Both the position numbers and the translations under genes were made by a program. From the NCBI RefSeq assembly GCF_036971445.1, contig NC_091478.1, positions 97,402,001 through 97,466,000 of the forward strand: a stretch of 64,000 nucleotides of DNA. The letters run 5' to 3'. Shown here piece by piece: positions 48,881-62,034 of this stretch (the first letter of the stretch is position 1; the number at the start of each line of letters is the position of its first letter). The notes under the pieces are model-generated. The model searched no databases, was not told where the DNA came from, and was given only the letters and a program-made list of their open reading frames with translations. This DNA is from Narcine bancroftii (lineage: Eukaryota).

Positions 48881-50480
48881 TAATCGTACAAAGAAGAAAC
48901 AATACCCGCTGTGCGCCACTCCTGTATCCCTGAACCTACATGGTAAAAACAAGGCTTGAAGGAAAGCTCAAGTTCATTATCATCATCTGTTCACACAAGT
49001 CCAACCCGATGAAACAGCCTTCTCTGCAGCCCTTGAAAGCACACCTCCATCTGCTGAACCTGATGTTGGGATGTTTAAGTAATGGTCATGTCACGTGCTC
49101 AAATACATACCCTGGCACCTAATGTTGTGCCTTGTTGAGGCTCTTGCATGGGAGAGACTGGGATGCTTCTCAGAGGAATGAAGGCAAAGGCAGGATTTTA
49201 AAGAGATGCATCAAAGTATGAAGGGGTGCGATGGAATGAATAAAGAGCATTCTCTTCCTTGCTAACAGAAGGGCCAGTAGCCAAATGACCAAGGTTGGAT
49301 ATCATTAACATAAGAGACAGAGGGAGGATAAATTTATTTTGTTCAGTGAGCTGTAATGTTGAACGTGTTGCCTGAGAGTGCAGTGAAAGCAGGCATAATT
49401 GTAGCTTTGAAAGGGGAGTCTAAGAAAGGTAAAACTTTGCAAGGCTGTGGGGGAGAAGGGCATGGGAATAGGGAGGGGGAGTGGTAGTGGAAGGTGGGCA
49501 TGAGATGCAAAAGCTGCAGGAAATGAGCCAACAAGAGCTGGCAGTCTTCAATGGAAGCTGATCTTGCGAATGTGGGAAAGAGGAAGGAATTGCATTCTTG
49601 TGTGCACTTCCCCATGTGCACACACTCATTGCGCCAAATACATCATTGGGGTGGATGGGCAGGATTTCTTCCATGGGATTTCAGGAAAATTCTCCTTTAC
49701 TTCTCCAGATGCCTGGAAAAGAAACGAGGTTGGAAACACAGAAATTCATGCTCAGTGGAGTAACAGGTGCAGAACATATTCCGAAATGCTGATGTTTACT
49801 TCCCTTACCTTTACTAGAATTTTGTTTGAAACACCTCTTGCTATTGTGCATTCTCCACACATGATCAAGGACATGTTTTTAACCCACACAATTGACTTTC
49901 GGGTGAAGACCTTCATACCAGCAGTACAATTCTCATTCATGTTATTAGTGTAATTAAAGGAGCCTAATTGTACAACAATTCAAAACCCCAGGCGCTACTA
50001 ATAGGACCAAGGGAGCTCTAAATAAAATGTTTGCTCAGTAGCCACTCACATTGGTTTGTCAGGAAATATTAAAAAAACAATTTTATGTCTTTGAATATCT
50101 CAAGGTTTCAAGTAGATGTATCATTCTCTCACACTCTCTCTCACTGTCTCACACATTCATTATTGTACACTCACATAGACTCTTGCTCTCTTTCACACAC
50201 ACTCACACTCCCTCACTCTTGTTCTCACTCACCTTCTTTCACTCTCCTCCCCCTCCCTGTTTCTCTTTCTCACACAGGTACACCTTCGCGCACACATACC
50301 TATATAGACAAGTATATACATAGAATGTCAGTTTTCCGTTAGTCTGTAATTCATAGAGGTAATTTCATTATGCTTGCCCTCAATGTAATAGAGCTCAACC
50401 ATCTGATTCCGTGCACTCTAAAATGAACCAATAGAGCCATTCACGAGGAACCAATTGAAATAAAGATTAAAACTCCATAG

Positions 50481-50564
50481 CTGGAGGCAAGAGAGCCTAT
50501 GGGGAAGGGCCATGCTTCCTTACACAACTTGATTACCGAATTGTGTGGGAAGAGATCAAAAAAG
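50481..50564 (+). other. Candidate 84-nt internal exon of an unidentified host transcript
   Basis: ccatag acceptor (weak pyrimidine tract), strong donor aag/gtgagt, length divisible by 3, two open frames, unique sequence. Confidence 0.2.
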
Positions 50565-50673
50565 GTGAGTTCAATTTGCAAGACAAGTGTGTTTTACACA
50601 ACACCTTGAATTATTTACTGACATGGAAACTGCATCATTTTAAAACTTTTATCACCAGCTTTATTAGTTGGCA

Positions 50674-51645
50674 TGTTACGAGCCCAGAGGACCCCAAAAC
50701 CCAGCAGCAATAGATATTCACCAAGACAAATGGTTACTTAAACAAAAGTTGCTTTTAATTATCTTTAAACATGAAAACAGGATCAAATTTTAACTTATCA
50801 CTATTTACTTACTTAACCTAACAACCCTCTTCTAATTCTAAGTCCACATGTGTGAGTTTAGAAAAGTTTTTTAATTCAGTCCAGTCTCACTTCTCATTCC
50901 TCCAAGTTTACTGGTTGCAGGCAATTCTTATACTGTGCACAGTATTTAACATTTATAAAGTTCACCAGGCTTTGGTGCTTGAAAAGTAAGGTTCTTGTTG
51001 GTTTTCTGAGAGCAATTTGTTGTTCGCTGGACACAAACGGATCACTTTAATCAGCCACGTCGGTGTCTTTCCGAAGAAACTTGCCCCATCAGGGTTTTCT
51101 AGATGATTACCTCCTTCTTTCAGGTCACCACAGAGTTCCTTTTTGTTTCTCTTCTTTCAAGAGAAATATTAGGCAGCCAGTCCTCTCCTCTTGTATGGAC
51201 CACAAGGATTTTCACCAGGCTGAACTAAGCACTCAGGCTGTCTCCAAAATGTTTTTTCCCCCCCAGATTTGTCAGCTTGTCCTATTCCAGACCCAGCTGC
51301 TGCTACTGAACTGTAAAACAGCAGAATTCACACACAGTTTTTCTCTCTGCTTGCAAAACCATATGATCCTCTTAGAAGAGCAACCTCCACTCATTCAGAC
51401 TGTGACTCCAAACCTACTCCTGAGTTCTGTCATCTGATGCTTTTCACAACAACAATCTATTAGTGAAGTCCCTTGGGCACTCCCCCAAAAGTTTTTGCAA
51501 AAGTATTCAGAGCTGGGCCTGTCTGGCTTGAGCAGACCTCCAGTATTTTAAATGAGATCAGTTTTGAAGTACACTAAAACCTGCCACACTTTATCTCCTA
51601 AGAACAACAGCAAATACAATATAAAACACAACATATTCTGTCACA
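50674..51645 (-). mobile_element. Solo LTR-like element (about 970 bp)
   Basis: Inverted termini tgttacgag...ctgtcaca (TG..CA); related pieces at 22345-23345 and 46340-46492; no clear TSD. Confidence 0.7.
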
Positions 51646-52084
51646 ACTTCAAGAGCAGTGACACCAGCCATATCCCTGACTGAAGGCCCAATGCAGACCA
51701 ACAGGTTTTTGGAGAGTTACAATAAGTTATGGACAGAGTAAGGGTCTTCACCGAAAACCTTGACAATCCCTTTGCCTCGTCAGCAGAATTTCAACAACAG
51801 CTCCTTTCTTGCTCCAAATTCCAGCACTTGTAGTCTGCTGTGTTTCCACTCTGGTGAGCCATTCTTTGGAAGGCTTTGTGCTCTGTATTCCCCTCCTCCA
51901 TTCATGCCTTTGTTGCTTTAATGTGAATGTCAATACTCCCCATCCAACTGTTCCTTGTGATACCTCATTCCCCATCCCCTCCAGGCCCTTCAGAAATATG
52001 TTTCCTGTATTTGCTTTGAAAGTTTTCAGCCTTTATTTGTATTGATGACCTTAACATGTGGACCTCAATTATATAAATTGAGAA

Positions 52085-53160
52085 AAATGAGAGGGTATCT
52101 CATGGAGATGTATAAAAGTCTAACAGGATGAGATGGGGTAGATGCAGGAAGAATGTTCCTCATGTTGGGGAAGTCCAGAAATAGAAGTCACAGTCTAAAG
52201 AACAGGGGGAAGCCATTTAGGACTGAGATGAGGAGAAATTTCTTCACTCAGAGTGTTGAGAACCTTTGAACTCCTTTGCACAGTAACTGCTGAGCCCAGT
52301 TCAATAATTGTCTTCGAAAGGGAGTTGACTAAAGGGATCAAGGGGTGTGGAGAGAAAACAGGGAAATTCATGTTCAATCCAGATGTGTGAAGTGATGCAG
52401 TTTGGAAAGTTGAGCTTGAAGGCAGACTACATGGTTAATGGCAAGATTCTTAACAGAGTGAAGGGACAAAGGGATCTTGGGGTCCAAGTCCACAAGGTTG
52501 CTGTGCAATTTGACTGGGTGGTTAAGAAAGTTTATGGTGTGCTAGCCTTCATTAGTCAGGGGATTGAGGTCAAGAGGAATGAGGTGATGTTGCAGCTCTA
52601 TAAAACTAATTAGAATACAGATATTGTGTTTAGTTCTCATCATCTCATTACAGGAAGGATGTATAAGCTTTAGTAAGGGTGCAGAGCAGATTTACCAGGA
52701 TGTTGACTGGATTGGAGAACATGTCCTCATCAAGCAAGGTTGACCGAGCAGAGGCTTTACATCTTGGAGCATCAGAGGATGATAGGTGACTTCAAATAGG
52801 TATACAAGATTATGAGAGGCAGACATAGGGTGGATAGCAAGCTCTTCCCACCCCCCCCCCCCCAAGGGTGACAACAGCAAATACCAGAGTATAGCTGCTT
52901 AAGGTGAGTGGATGAAAATTTAGGGGACACCAGAGCTAGGTTTTTTTTATATAGAGAGAGCAGTGGGTGCCTGCAATGCATTGCTCAGGGTGGTGTTTAA
53001 GGTTGGTATCAGAGGGACATTTAAAAGACTTTGCTGGGTATATAGATTTAAGAAAAAATAGAGGGTTACGGGCTGTGAATCTGGGAAGGATTACAATGTG
53101 TGGGTTTATACAAGATCAGCACAACCTTGTGGAACAATGGGCCCATTCTGTGTTGTACAA
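52085..53160 (+). mobile_element. CR1 fragments
   Basis: CEVMQFGK..YMVNGKILN..QRDLGVQVH..KKVYGVLAFISQGIE..EVMLQLYKT. Confidence 0.85.
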
Positions 53161-53164
53161 TGCG

Positions 53165-54790
53165 CAAAGGTGCTGAAGAAACTCAGCAAGTCACACACAT
53201 CCTAAAGACGTAAAGGGAGACTAATATTTGGGGCATGAGCCCTTTTTCAAGGCGTGAGCATAAAGCAGGCAGGCACCTGAATACAAAGGTTGGGGGTGGG
53301 AGGGAGGGAAGTGAATGGAGGAAAGGCTAGGGGGAAGAGTACAGACTATCAGATAAGTGGTCATATGCGGATAGGGGTGATAAGGTAAACAAGAAAATGC
53401 TGATAAGTGGAGGGGGTAGCTCTGAATGGAGAGGAAAAGGAAGGAGGTGGAGAGCTGGAGAAAAGGAGAGATAGGGAGAGAGAGACTTGGGGAGGGGTTT
53501 AATGGAAACTGGAAACATCGCCATTAATGCTATCTGGTTGGAGGGTGCCTGTTGGAATATTAAGTGTTATTCCTCCAATTTGCCGGGAGTTTCAGTTTGG
53601 CAGTGAATGAGGCCATGGATAGACATGTCAGTGTGGGTATGGAGTGTAGATTTAAAATGGATGGCCACTGGGAGCTCCCTCTTATTGCAAATGCACTCAA
53701 CAAAAGGATCTCAATCTGCATGTAGTCTCTCTGAGAAAGAGGGAATAATGGGAGAACCAGATGCTGATTCACAAATGAAGCATTTCTTGTGGTCACAGGC
53801 GTAGGAACCAAGGGAGCAATTAATGGGAAGGGATGAGTAGATAAGCGAGCCCCAGAGAGAGTGATCCAAGTGGAAAGTAGAGAGGGGGAGGTGGGGTAGA
53901 TGAGTGTGGTGGTGGGATCAGGTTATAGGTGATAGATATTGCAGGGACTGGTGGGGTGATCGGTGAGGATAAAAGGAATTTTGTCCTTGTGTCACAGGGT
54001 GCAGTGGGCCTGGGATGATGTGTGGAAAATAAAAGGAGATGCAGGCAAGGGCTGAGGTTTTGTTTAATGTTTTATTTATAGATTTTAAACCACAATATCA
54101 AATATATTAAATTCCAAAAATTATTCAAAAATTTATACATGTGATAATACATTAAATGGAAAAACCCTACTCACCCTCCCCTGAAAACCCTTAAAAAGAG
54201 ATAGAAGAAAGAACCAGAGAATGTCAAGGGAATAAAGAATTTATAGCATAAATTTGAATATTGGAGGTTACCAAGAAGTGAGATTTTCAGAGAATTTATC
54301 AAACATTTTGTAAATATGGGTGCCATATTTTCTAAAACAAGTGACATTTATTTTGTAAACTACACATAATCTTCTCTAATGCTAAACAACTCCAAAATTC
54401 TGCATACCATCTTTCCATACCTAAATCTATATCTGATTTCCATGATATTGCTATATATTTCCTAGAAACTGATGAAGCAATTTGCACAAATTCAGAAAGA
54501 TGCATCGTTCATTTTAATTTAGGTATCATAACCTCAATATTGTGGGTAAGGGCCAAGTTGATCGCAGTAGAGAGGAAGCCATATTTTTTTGAAGATGAGG
54601 GACATCTTGGAAGTTCTGGAATGGAAGACCTCATCACAGGAGGATGCTTTGAGAGAAAGGAATAGAATCATAACAGTGGAAAAATGTGAAGAGGTGTAGT
54701 CGTGGTAACTTTAGGAGTTGGTGGGTCCATAGAAAATGCTTATGGACAGTTTATCTCCCAAAATGGAGACACAGGATCAAGAAATGCTTT
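53165..54790 (-). mobile_element. Penelope-like element fragment interrupted by L1
   Basis: Minus strand KLEE.HLIFQQAPSNQIAL region and terminal repeat gaaactcagcaagtcac; resumes after 54541. Confidence 0.75.
54057..54540 (-). mobile_element. L1/Tx1 3' fragment inserted in Penelope
   Basis: T-rich tail at 54057; IASSVSRKYIAISWKSDIDLGMERW motif; degenerate 17-bp TSD 54040-54056 / 54541-54557. Confidence 0.8.
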
Positions 54791-55214
54791 GCTGTCAAGT
54801 TCCATGTTCTATGAATGGTGGAATTGACTGGAAGGGCCGAATAGCGTTTCTCTGTACCAGTTCTTCTACGTTTTTGTATCATCTTTTCACCTGTGCATCT
54901 ACATATTTTTCTAATTTTAGTTTCCATGACAGATAACCTTGCGCATAAGGAAGCCCCAAGCCGTGCCATAATCACTCTGCTAATCTCAGCTGCGAAAGAG
55001 ATGACTGGATAATAGTCCTGTCAATCAAGCCTAGTTATCCATTATCCTAAATGACAGAAATGATCTTGCCAGAATAATTTGAGCAATCCTCCACTCCCTG
55101 TATTTTTCTGTCTCAGTTAGCTTGCTTTTATCAGGAGAATTTGCTGTAGTTTGGTTTATATTCTCTTTCCAGATATTCTACTTTGAATAATTTAATATTC
55201 TATTTTGAATCAGT

Positions 55215-56300
55215 CAAGACCTGGGGTTCAACACCCCACTGTGTAATTGGATCCTGGATTTTCTCACTTCCAGACCACGATTAGGGGAGTTTGGCAAGAA
55301 CATCTCCTCCACAATCTCCATCAGAAGCAGAGCACCACAGGGCTGAATTCTTAGCCCCCAGCTCTACTTGCTATACACCGATGACTGTGTGGCTCAGTAC
55401 GACAACACCACTACCTAGAATTTCACTGATGATACAATGGTAGTGGGTTGTATAAAAAGAGATACTGGGTCAGCATGCAGGAGGGAGATTGAAAACATGG
55501 CAACAACAACCTCACACTCAACATCACCAAAATCAAGGAATTGATTGTTGACTTCAGGAAGGGAAAAACCAGAGGTGTACAATCCAGATCACTGGCGGAT
55601 CAGAGGGTGAGCAAATTTAAGTTCTTGGGGGGGAGGGTCACTATCTTGAAGGATCTTTCCTGACCCAAACACATTAATGGCATCATGAAGAAAGCACGCC
55701 AGTGCCTTTACTTCAGGAGTTTGCAGAGGTTTGGTATGACACGGAAACCCTGGCAAATTTATTCAGATGTATGGTAAATTGTGCTGACTGGCTGCATCAT
55801 GGTCTGATTTGGGGACACCAATAGCCATGAATGGAAAACCCTACAAAAGGAGGTGGACACAGCCCGAGACATCATAGGAAAAGTACTCTACACCAAGAGC
55901 ATCTACAGGGGACGCTGCCATCGGAGAGCAGCAGCAATCATCAAGGATCCACACCTCCCAGCACCCATTCTGTTCTCGCTGCTGCCATCAGGAAAGAGGT
56001 GTAGGTGCCACAAGATACACATCATCAGGTCCTGGTACAGCTGCTGCCCCTCCACCAACAGATTCCTCAACGACAAACTCAATCAGGGACTCATTTAAGG
56101 ATTCTTACTTCCGCACAATTGATTTTTTTCTCTGCATTGCACAGTTTATTTATATTTCTTTATTTGTTTACGTCAGTTCAATGAGTGCTTTTTTTTGCAC
56201 TATCAATAAGTGGTAATTCTTCCTCACCCACAGGGAAAAAAATCTCAGGGTTGTATGTGAGGTCATGTATGTACTCTGACAATAAATCTGAGATCTGATC
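55215..56300 (+). mobile_element. Rex1/Babar RT and 3' fragment
   Basis: LCNWILDFL..GAPQG..LSP..LYT.DC..FTDDT; IIKDPHLPAPILFSLLPSGKR; tail ctgacaataaatctgag. Confidence 0.9.
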
Positions 56301-57679
56301 TTTGGACTAGCCTTAATCTAGCAGGAGTTGGGAATGAAAGTCTTCCTTCATTTCTGAAACAATCCTTGTGATGTTTCTTGGTGAGACACATGCATACATT
56401 AAAAAAAGCAGTGAAGCTGCAGATACTGGGATCTGGAGCAAGCAACAGAGGAACTCAATGGGTCAGACTCTGGGTAGAAATGGTCAGTCAACATTTTGAG
56501 TTGGGACCCTCTATCAAGAGTCTCTTGGTGAACCCAATGTCGACTAAGGAGGGAGTGGGGAATAACCTGGAATGATCAACGGGCCACACAGTGATTCCCT
56601 CTTGCACAGTGCCACGGTTGTCAATCAGGCTAGGACTTCTCCAGAAGCTGCCAGTTTGTGGGTCACATGTTGAATGATGCCAGGGGTCCTGCTGAATAAA
56701 ACAGCTCCAAAGGCTGGCCATAATTTTATTTTAAGATGACTGTACCTGTTGGGCAATATAACATTAAAGGGTTGCAGACTGCAGGGGAGTAATTGACCAG
56801 TGCAGGCCACCAGAAATTGGGAGAACACTCTCCTCCCCAACACTTTTGGTTGAGAGTGAGAAGCATGGGAGTTGACACGACAGGACAGCGACCACTGCAG
56901 CTGACCAGTGAGGGGTTCGAGGGCTGAAGGACTGTGGGCTGCTGGTAATTTCCAGTTGAAGGATTCACACAGACTTGTGACTTGCAGTCAAAGGGCCCAC
57001 ACAGGTTGCTGGAGTCTGGCTCATGGAAACCAGGGATGGGAATTGCCTTCTCCTACTGTTATGGGCAACAGGCAATGCTTATGTGGTGACTTTTTATTTG
57101 CTTACAGCAAGAAAAATGTTAGTAATATCATGTGCAATTAAATGACAATAAAAGGAACATTAAAAATAACCTTGGTTAGAAAAGAGATCTTCAAAATCAT
57201 ATGGACAGAATCACCCATCTGATCTTCAGACAAGACCATATGAGATAGGAGCAGAATTAGACCATTTGGCCCATTGAGAATGCCCTACCATTTGAATCAT
57301 GGTTGTTGTATTTTTCCTTTCACCCCGTTCTCCTGCCTTCTCTTCACAATCTTTGACATTCTGACTAATTAGAAAGCCATCAACCTCTTATTTAAATACA
57401 CCCAATGACTTGGGCTTCACACCTGCCTGTGGCAAATCAATTGGTTCTGAGGACATATAGGATCATCTGCTTCTGATGTCCCCGATTGATTACACTCAGG
57501 CAAACAACCCTTTTTTCCCTGAACAAAATGTTAACTGTCTGACTGGTCTAGTAGGGGTAGAATGTTGGTTTGTATTGCCGCTACAAGCCATCTCTATGAC
57601 ACTTGGACACTGTTATCCAACAACATCATCATCTTTGCATAGCAGTGGCAAGAATTCAATTCAGCACTAACCAAGATCA

Positions 57680-58192
57680 AACCTTAGAAAGGATATAGCA
57701 AGATTGGAGAGGGTACAGAGGAGGTTTTCCAGAATGATTCCAGGAATGAGAAGGGCAACATATGAGGAACACTTAGTAGCTCTTGGACTCTATTCATTAG
57801 AATATAGAAGAACGAGAGGAGATCTCAAAAATATTTCAAATAATGAATGGATTGGACAGAGTGGATGTAAATGAGATGTTTCCCCGGTCGTGTGATTCCA
57901 AGATAAGAGGGCACAGTTTTAGAATTAAAAAGTACCAATTTACAACAGAGGTGAGGAGAAACTCCTTTAGCAAGAGGGTCGTGGTTTTGTGGAATTTGTT
58001 GCCACGTGCAACTGTGGAGGCCAGATCATTGGGGGAGTTTAAAGGGGAAATTGATAGGTATCTAATTAGTCAGGAGATCAAGGGATATGGGGACAAGGCT
58101 GGAACTTGGAACTAGATGTGAGAACAGTTTCATGGAACAGACTCAATGGACCAAATGGCCTACTTCTGTTCCTTTTTCTTGTGTTCTTGTGA
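57680..58192 (+). mobile_element. CR1 3' end
   Basis: MNGLDRVDVNEMFP..RGHSFRIK..FTTEVRRNSFSKRVVVLWNLLP. Confidence 0.85.
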
Positions 58193-59104
58193 TCTGCAGC
58201 TGAATTCACTGCAAGAAGGAATCTGCGCACAGAAGCCACTGTGCCGACAAAAAATATATATACCCTGACACTGGAAGCTTGTAACACAACTCCAGCAGTG
58301 CTTTGAAATGCACATATATTACGGTACCCTGCATTCGTATCTGGCAGAGGAATGGCTGGTTAGATCACTGTGTTTCAATTCACCCATTTATAATGAATCT
58401 AATTAGTATTTTCTTCTTTGTTGGCTAACACATCATGCCTTTGTGCAATTATTGAAGGAAAGTGCTCATTCAGGAGTCTAGAGCAACTCCCAGCATGAGA
58501 AGAAAATAAGGCTGGATCTGTTTGGTTTTCATCTGAACTGCCACCAATGAAGGAAAATGCTCCTTCTGCTAAATGAGACCCATGAACATGAAGGGGATGC
58601 AAAGATGTCATACTGATAAAGATAGCATTTATTGTCATACACATTGTACCGTGAAGACATGCACCAAAAGTCTTACTTGCTGCAGCCAAACAGGAACTTG
58701 AAAAGAAAAACTGTAAAGTAATTGAATTAAATTCAAAAAGACAATAAATGCTTAATATTAATGGATAATAAATTTTGGTGCAAAACAGTGACATGCAATA
58801 TCACAGACGATTCTTTTGTGATGTCGGTGCAGTTCCTGTTTAATGGAATGAGGGGAGGTTGGAGTCCTTGATAGCTGTTGGAAAGAAACTGTTCTTGAAC
58901 ATGCTTTATTGGGCAAGCATTCATTCATTTGACATTTTTACTTGGGTAAAAAGATTCTAACTTTGAATTGGAGCTTGAACTGTATCCCACCACATTCCAC
59001 TTGATTTCACCTAAATTTTACTGCTTACCCGCTCACAAATGGCAATATACAGTCATCGATTAACCCACCACCATGGAAATTGACTCCGCTTCTCTTTAAG
59101 CGCC

Positions 59105-59325
59105 ACGGTTAGCACGCGAGGCTTTTATTACAGTGCCAGTAACCTGGTGCTGTCTGTAAGGAATTTGAACATTCTCCCCGTGACCTGTGTGGGTTTTCTC
59201 CAGATGCTCCAGTTTCTTCTCACTCTTTAATAATGTATGGGGTTGTGTGTCATTGAATGGCACAAGATTCATGGGCCGGAAGTGTTTCTACTGTATTACA
59301 TCATAAAAATAAAAATTTAAATTAA
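59105..59325 (+). mobile_element. tRNA-derived SINE
   Basis: ctgtctgtaaggaatttgaacattctccccgtgacctgtgtgggttttctcc body; A-rich tail. Confidence 0.7.
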
Positions 59326-59449
59326 ACACAGCTTTGCTTTTTAGCCTAACTGCTTCAAGTCGACACACGTTCAATCTTCTCACTGTTGCTTGGGTGACAG
59401 AGTTTCTCCTGAATCCCTGCAGTGGCACTTTTCATTCCTCTGACTGCAG

Positions 59450-60345
59450 ATTGTAGAGAGCAGTGAATGCAGATCAGACCATCACGCAATCTGCTATCCC
59501 CTCCATTGACCCCATCTACACTTCTCATGGACTCAGAAGAGCCGCCCAACATATCAAAGGACACACCCCACCCTGGCCACATCTACTCCTCTTCATTTGG
59601 GCAAGAGTGAGATCACGTACCACCACATTCAAGGACAGTTTCTTTCTGCTGTTATCAGACACCTGCACAACCCTCATACTAGTGAAAAAATACTGCCTTT
59701 ATTCCAACCAAACTCTCTCTCTCTAACTCTGCACTTTGCTATGTTCAAGTTTATTTTCATTTGGCTGTACATAAACAACTAGACAAAACAGATTTTCTCA
59801 TGGTGCACCCACATACACATGCAGTACACAGAACATAATAATCACATATATACATAAAAGTATAATTTAAACTAAATATATGTAAATATTTTGGGATTAT
59901 TTACTCAGTTCCATGATACTATTCATCAATTTCACAGCCTGCGGGAAGAAGCTGTATCCCTGACCTGCAATCTTGATTTTGATTGTTTTGTCAAAGATAC
60001 TGTGCACTGGACGAAAAGGGACCTCAATAATTCTTTAAGTGCTACTTAAGTTAACATATTCCCAGTGAATGTTGTCGGTGGAGGAAAGGGAGATTCCAGT
60101 GATGTTTTTGATGGTCCTTTGTGTTGACTTCTGGTCCGATGCTTGGCAGCTACTATGCCATGCAATGGCACAACCAGACAGAGAGTTACCTCAATTTTAA
60201 AATGTTATTGTGATGGAGCCTTGCCCTCCTCAAGCTCCTTTGGAAGTGTAGGCACTGTTGAACCTTCCCGATTAGTAAGGAGGTGTTGTGTGTCCAGGAT
60301 AAGTCGTCCTTTTTATGCACACCTAGGAACATCATGCTCTTCGCA
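59450..60345. mobile_element. Rex1/Babar fragments (59450-59680 plus; 59780-60345 minus)
   Basis: IPSIDPIYTSH..RAAQHIK..TFKDSFF; antisense ttcatcaatttcacagcctgcgggaagaagctg. Confidence 0.75.
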
Positions 60346-60503
60346 CTCTCCATTGATGTGTACTGGTATTAACTGCTCTGCTAATGTGTGGGCTGACATG
60401 CTGGGCTGTTGGCAAAACAAACTTTCTCTCGGCATCATGACAATAAACTTGAACTAAAACTTAATTTGAAACCAGCAGCAAATTAATCAAATATAACATC
60501 GTC

Positions 60504-61560
60504 GGGGGCGTGGCAAGATGGCGTAGAAGAAAGACGTATGTTCCACCTTTCCCCAGCTGGATTATTAAATGCCCGATTTTAAAAAGTATAAAAGTGGTTA
60601 AAATAATATTTATAGTTTTTTGAATAACAGTGATTCACCATGGCTACCAATGTGAAGAAATCTAAAACTCAACTTCAGAAGAAATTACCATACAAAAGTA
60701 TAGATGATCTGAGGCCTACCTGTACAGCTGAATGCACAAAGTCATTGTTGGGAGCCTCCAAGCCTCAGAGGACTTTCTGCTGTTGAACCTTGACCTCGGC
60801 GCTGATCCTGGAGTCGCAAGATGGCGCCAGCACTCTGGTGAGTTCGGTTGCAGCCGACTCACGTGCACGTGAAGCCGTGCGTGCGGGCAGCCCGACCGAT
60901 AAAGGGGCCCGTGAGCCTGCGACATTGCTGGGTGGCCTGGGAACATGCAGTGTAGCGTCCGGTGGCTCTGCCGGGCATGCGCGGGGCAGTCCATGAACTT
61001 TTGGAGAAAGTGTGGGCCGTCGGGGAGCCCAAGCACCGGTGTCGGGTGTCCAAACCCGCAGCTGCACAGTCAAAGGACTTATGGTAACTACAGAAGAAGA
61101 GGAACTTACCTTATTGGAATTCAAATTGCTTTTGTACGTTTGGTGTTATTAGTAGCACGTAAATGTGTTGCGAGTACTTGGAAAGACAATACAGACAATA
61201 CGTTGGCACAATGAATTGAAAACTTATATTGTTATGGAAAAAATTACCTATAATTTATGATAATTATTCCTTTGTTAGCAAATGGTCTCTGTATTTGGAA
61301 TATATGCATTTAGATAGACTTTGAATTGTTCTTAACATTTATAATTTATTAATATATAATTTATATTTTTGGCTCCCCTTAAGGGAGCTGGCTGAAGGGG
61401 TGGGAGAGTGGGTTTGGGATTTTAAAATGTTTTAAATTTTATTTCTATTTTTTTTCTTGTTTTTTTAGATATATATATATATCTTTGTAAAATCAATTTT
61501 TGATGATTACTAGACTGTATGTTATGTTTTTTCTATCTTTAAATAAAGTTTGAAAAAAAA
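60504..61560 (+). mobile_element. Bipartite non-autonomous L1/Tx1 derivative (5' UTR and ORF1 start fused to ORF2 C-terminus, 3' UTR and poly-A)
   Basis: TSD ataacatcgtc (60493-60503) / ataacatcgcc (61561-61571); start gggggcgtggcaagatggcg; ATG at 60640 (caccATGG) MATNVKKSKTQLQKK; then IQIAFVRLVLLVARKCVASTWK; aataaa plus A tail. Confidence 0.85.
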
Positions 61561-62034
61561 ATAACATCGCCAAATTGATTTGCCAACCTTGTTTTTCTCC
61601 CCGAACACCAGCACAAACAGTTATATTTTATTTACTTTAAGGAATTGATTTGTAAAGTCAATTCTAACTAATTGAGAAAACTCTTCAAGTTATCAGTTAC
61701 TCTTTCTCATGACATTTGATTTCTTTCAACTTTGAAGAGTCAATTTTTGTTGATGAATTTAACCTTCGTAACAATTCGGAGAGGAAATGTAAAACAGAAA
61801 GCATAATTCCAGCAATGAGTAGAGCAGAGCGATTGGATGGATGTGAGCACAGCAAATTAAAAGCAGCAAGGCAGATTGTGTAAGTGTTTGTAAAAGCACT
61901 TATAATATCCTGACTTTAACTTTTAAGAGAAATTTGTATAAGTACATGAATAGAAACAGTATGAAGGTTATGGTCCAAGTCGATGGGATAAGGCGGAATG
62001 ATAGTTTGGCACAGGACATATACTGAGGTGGTAA

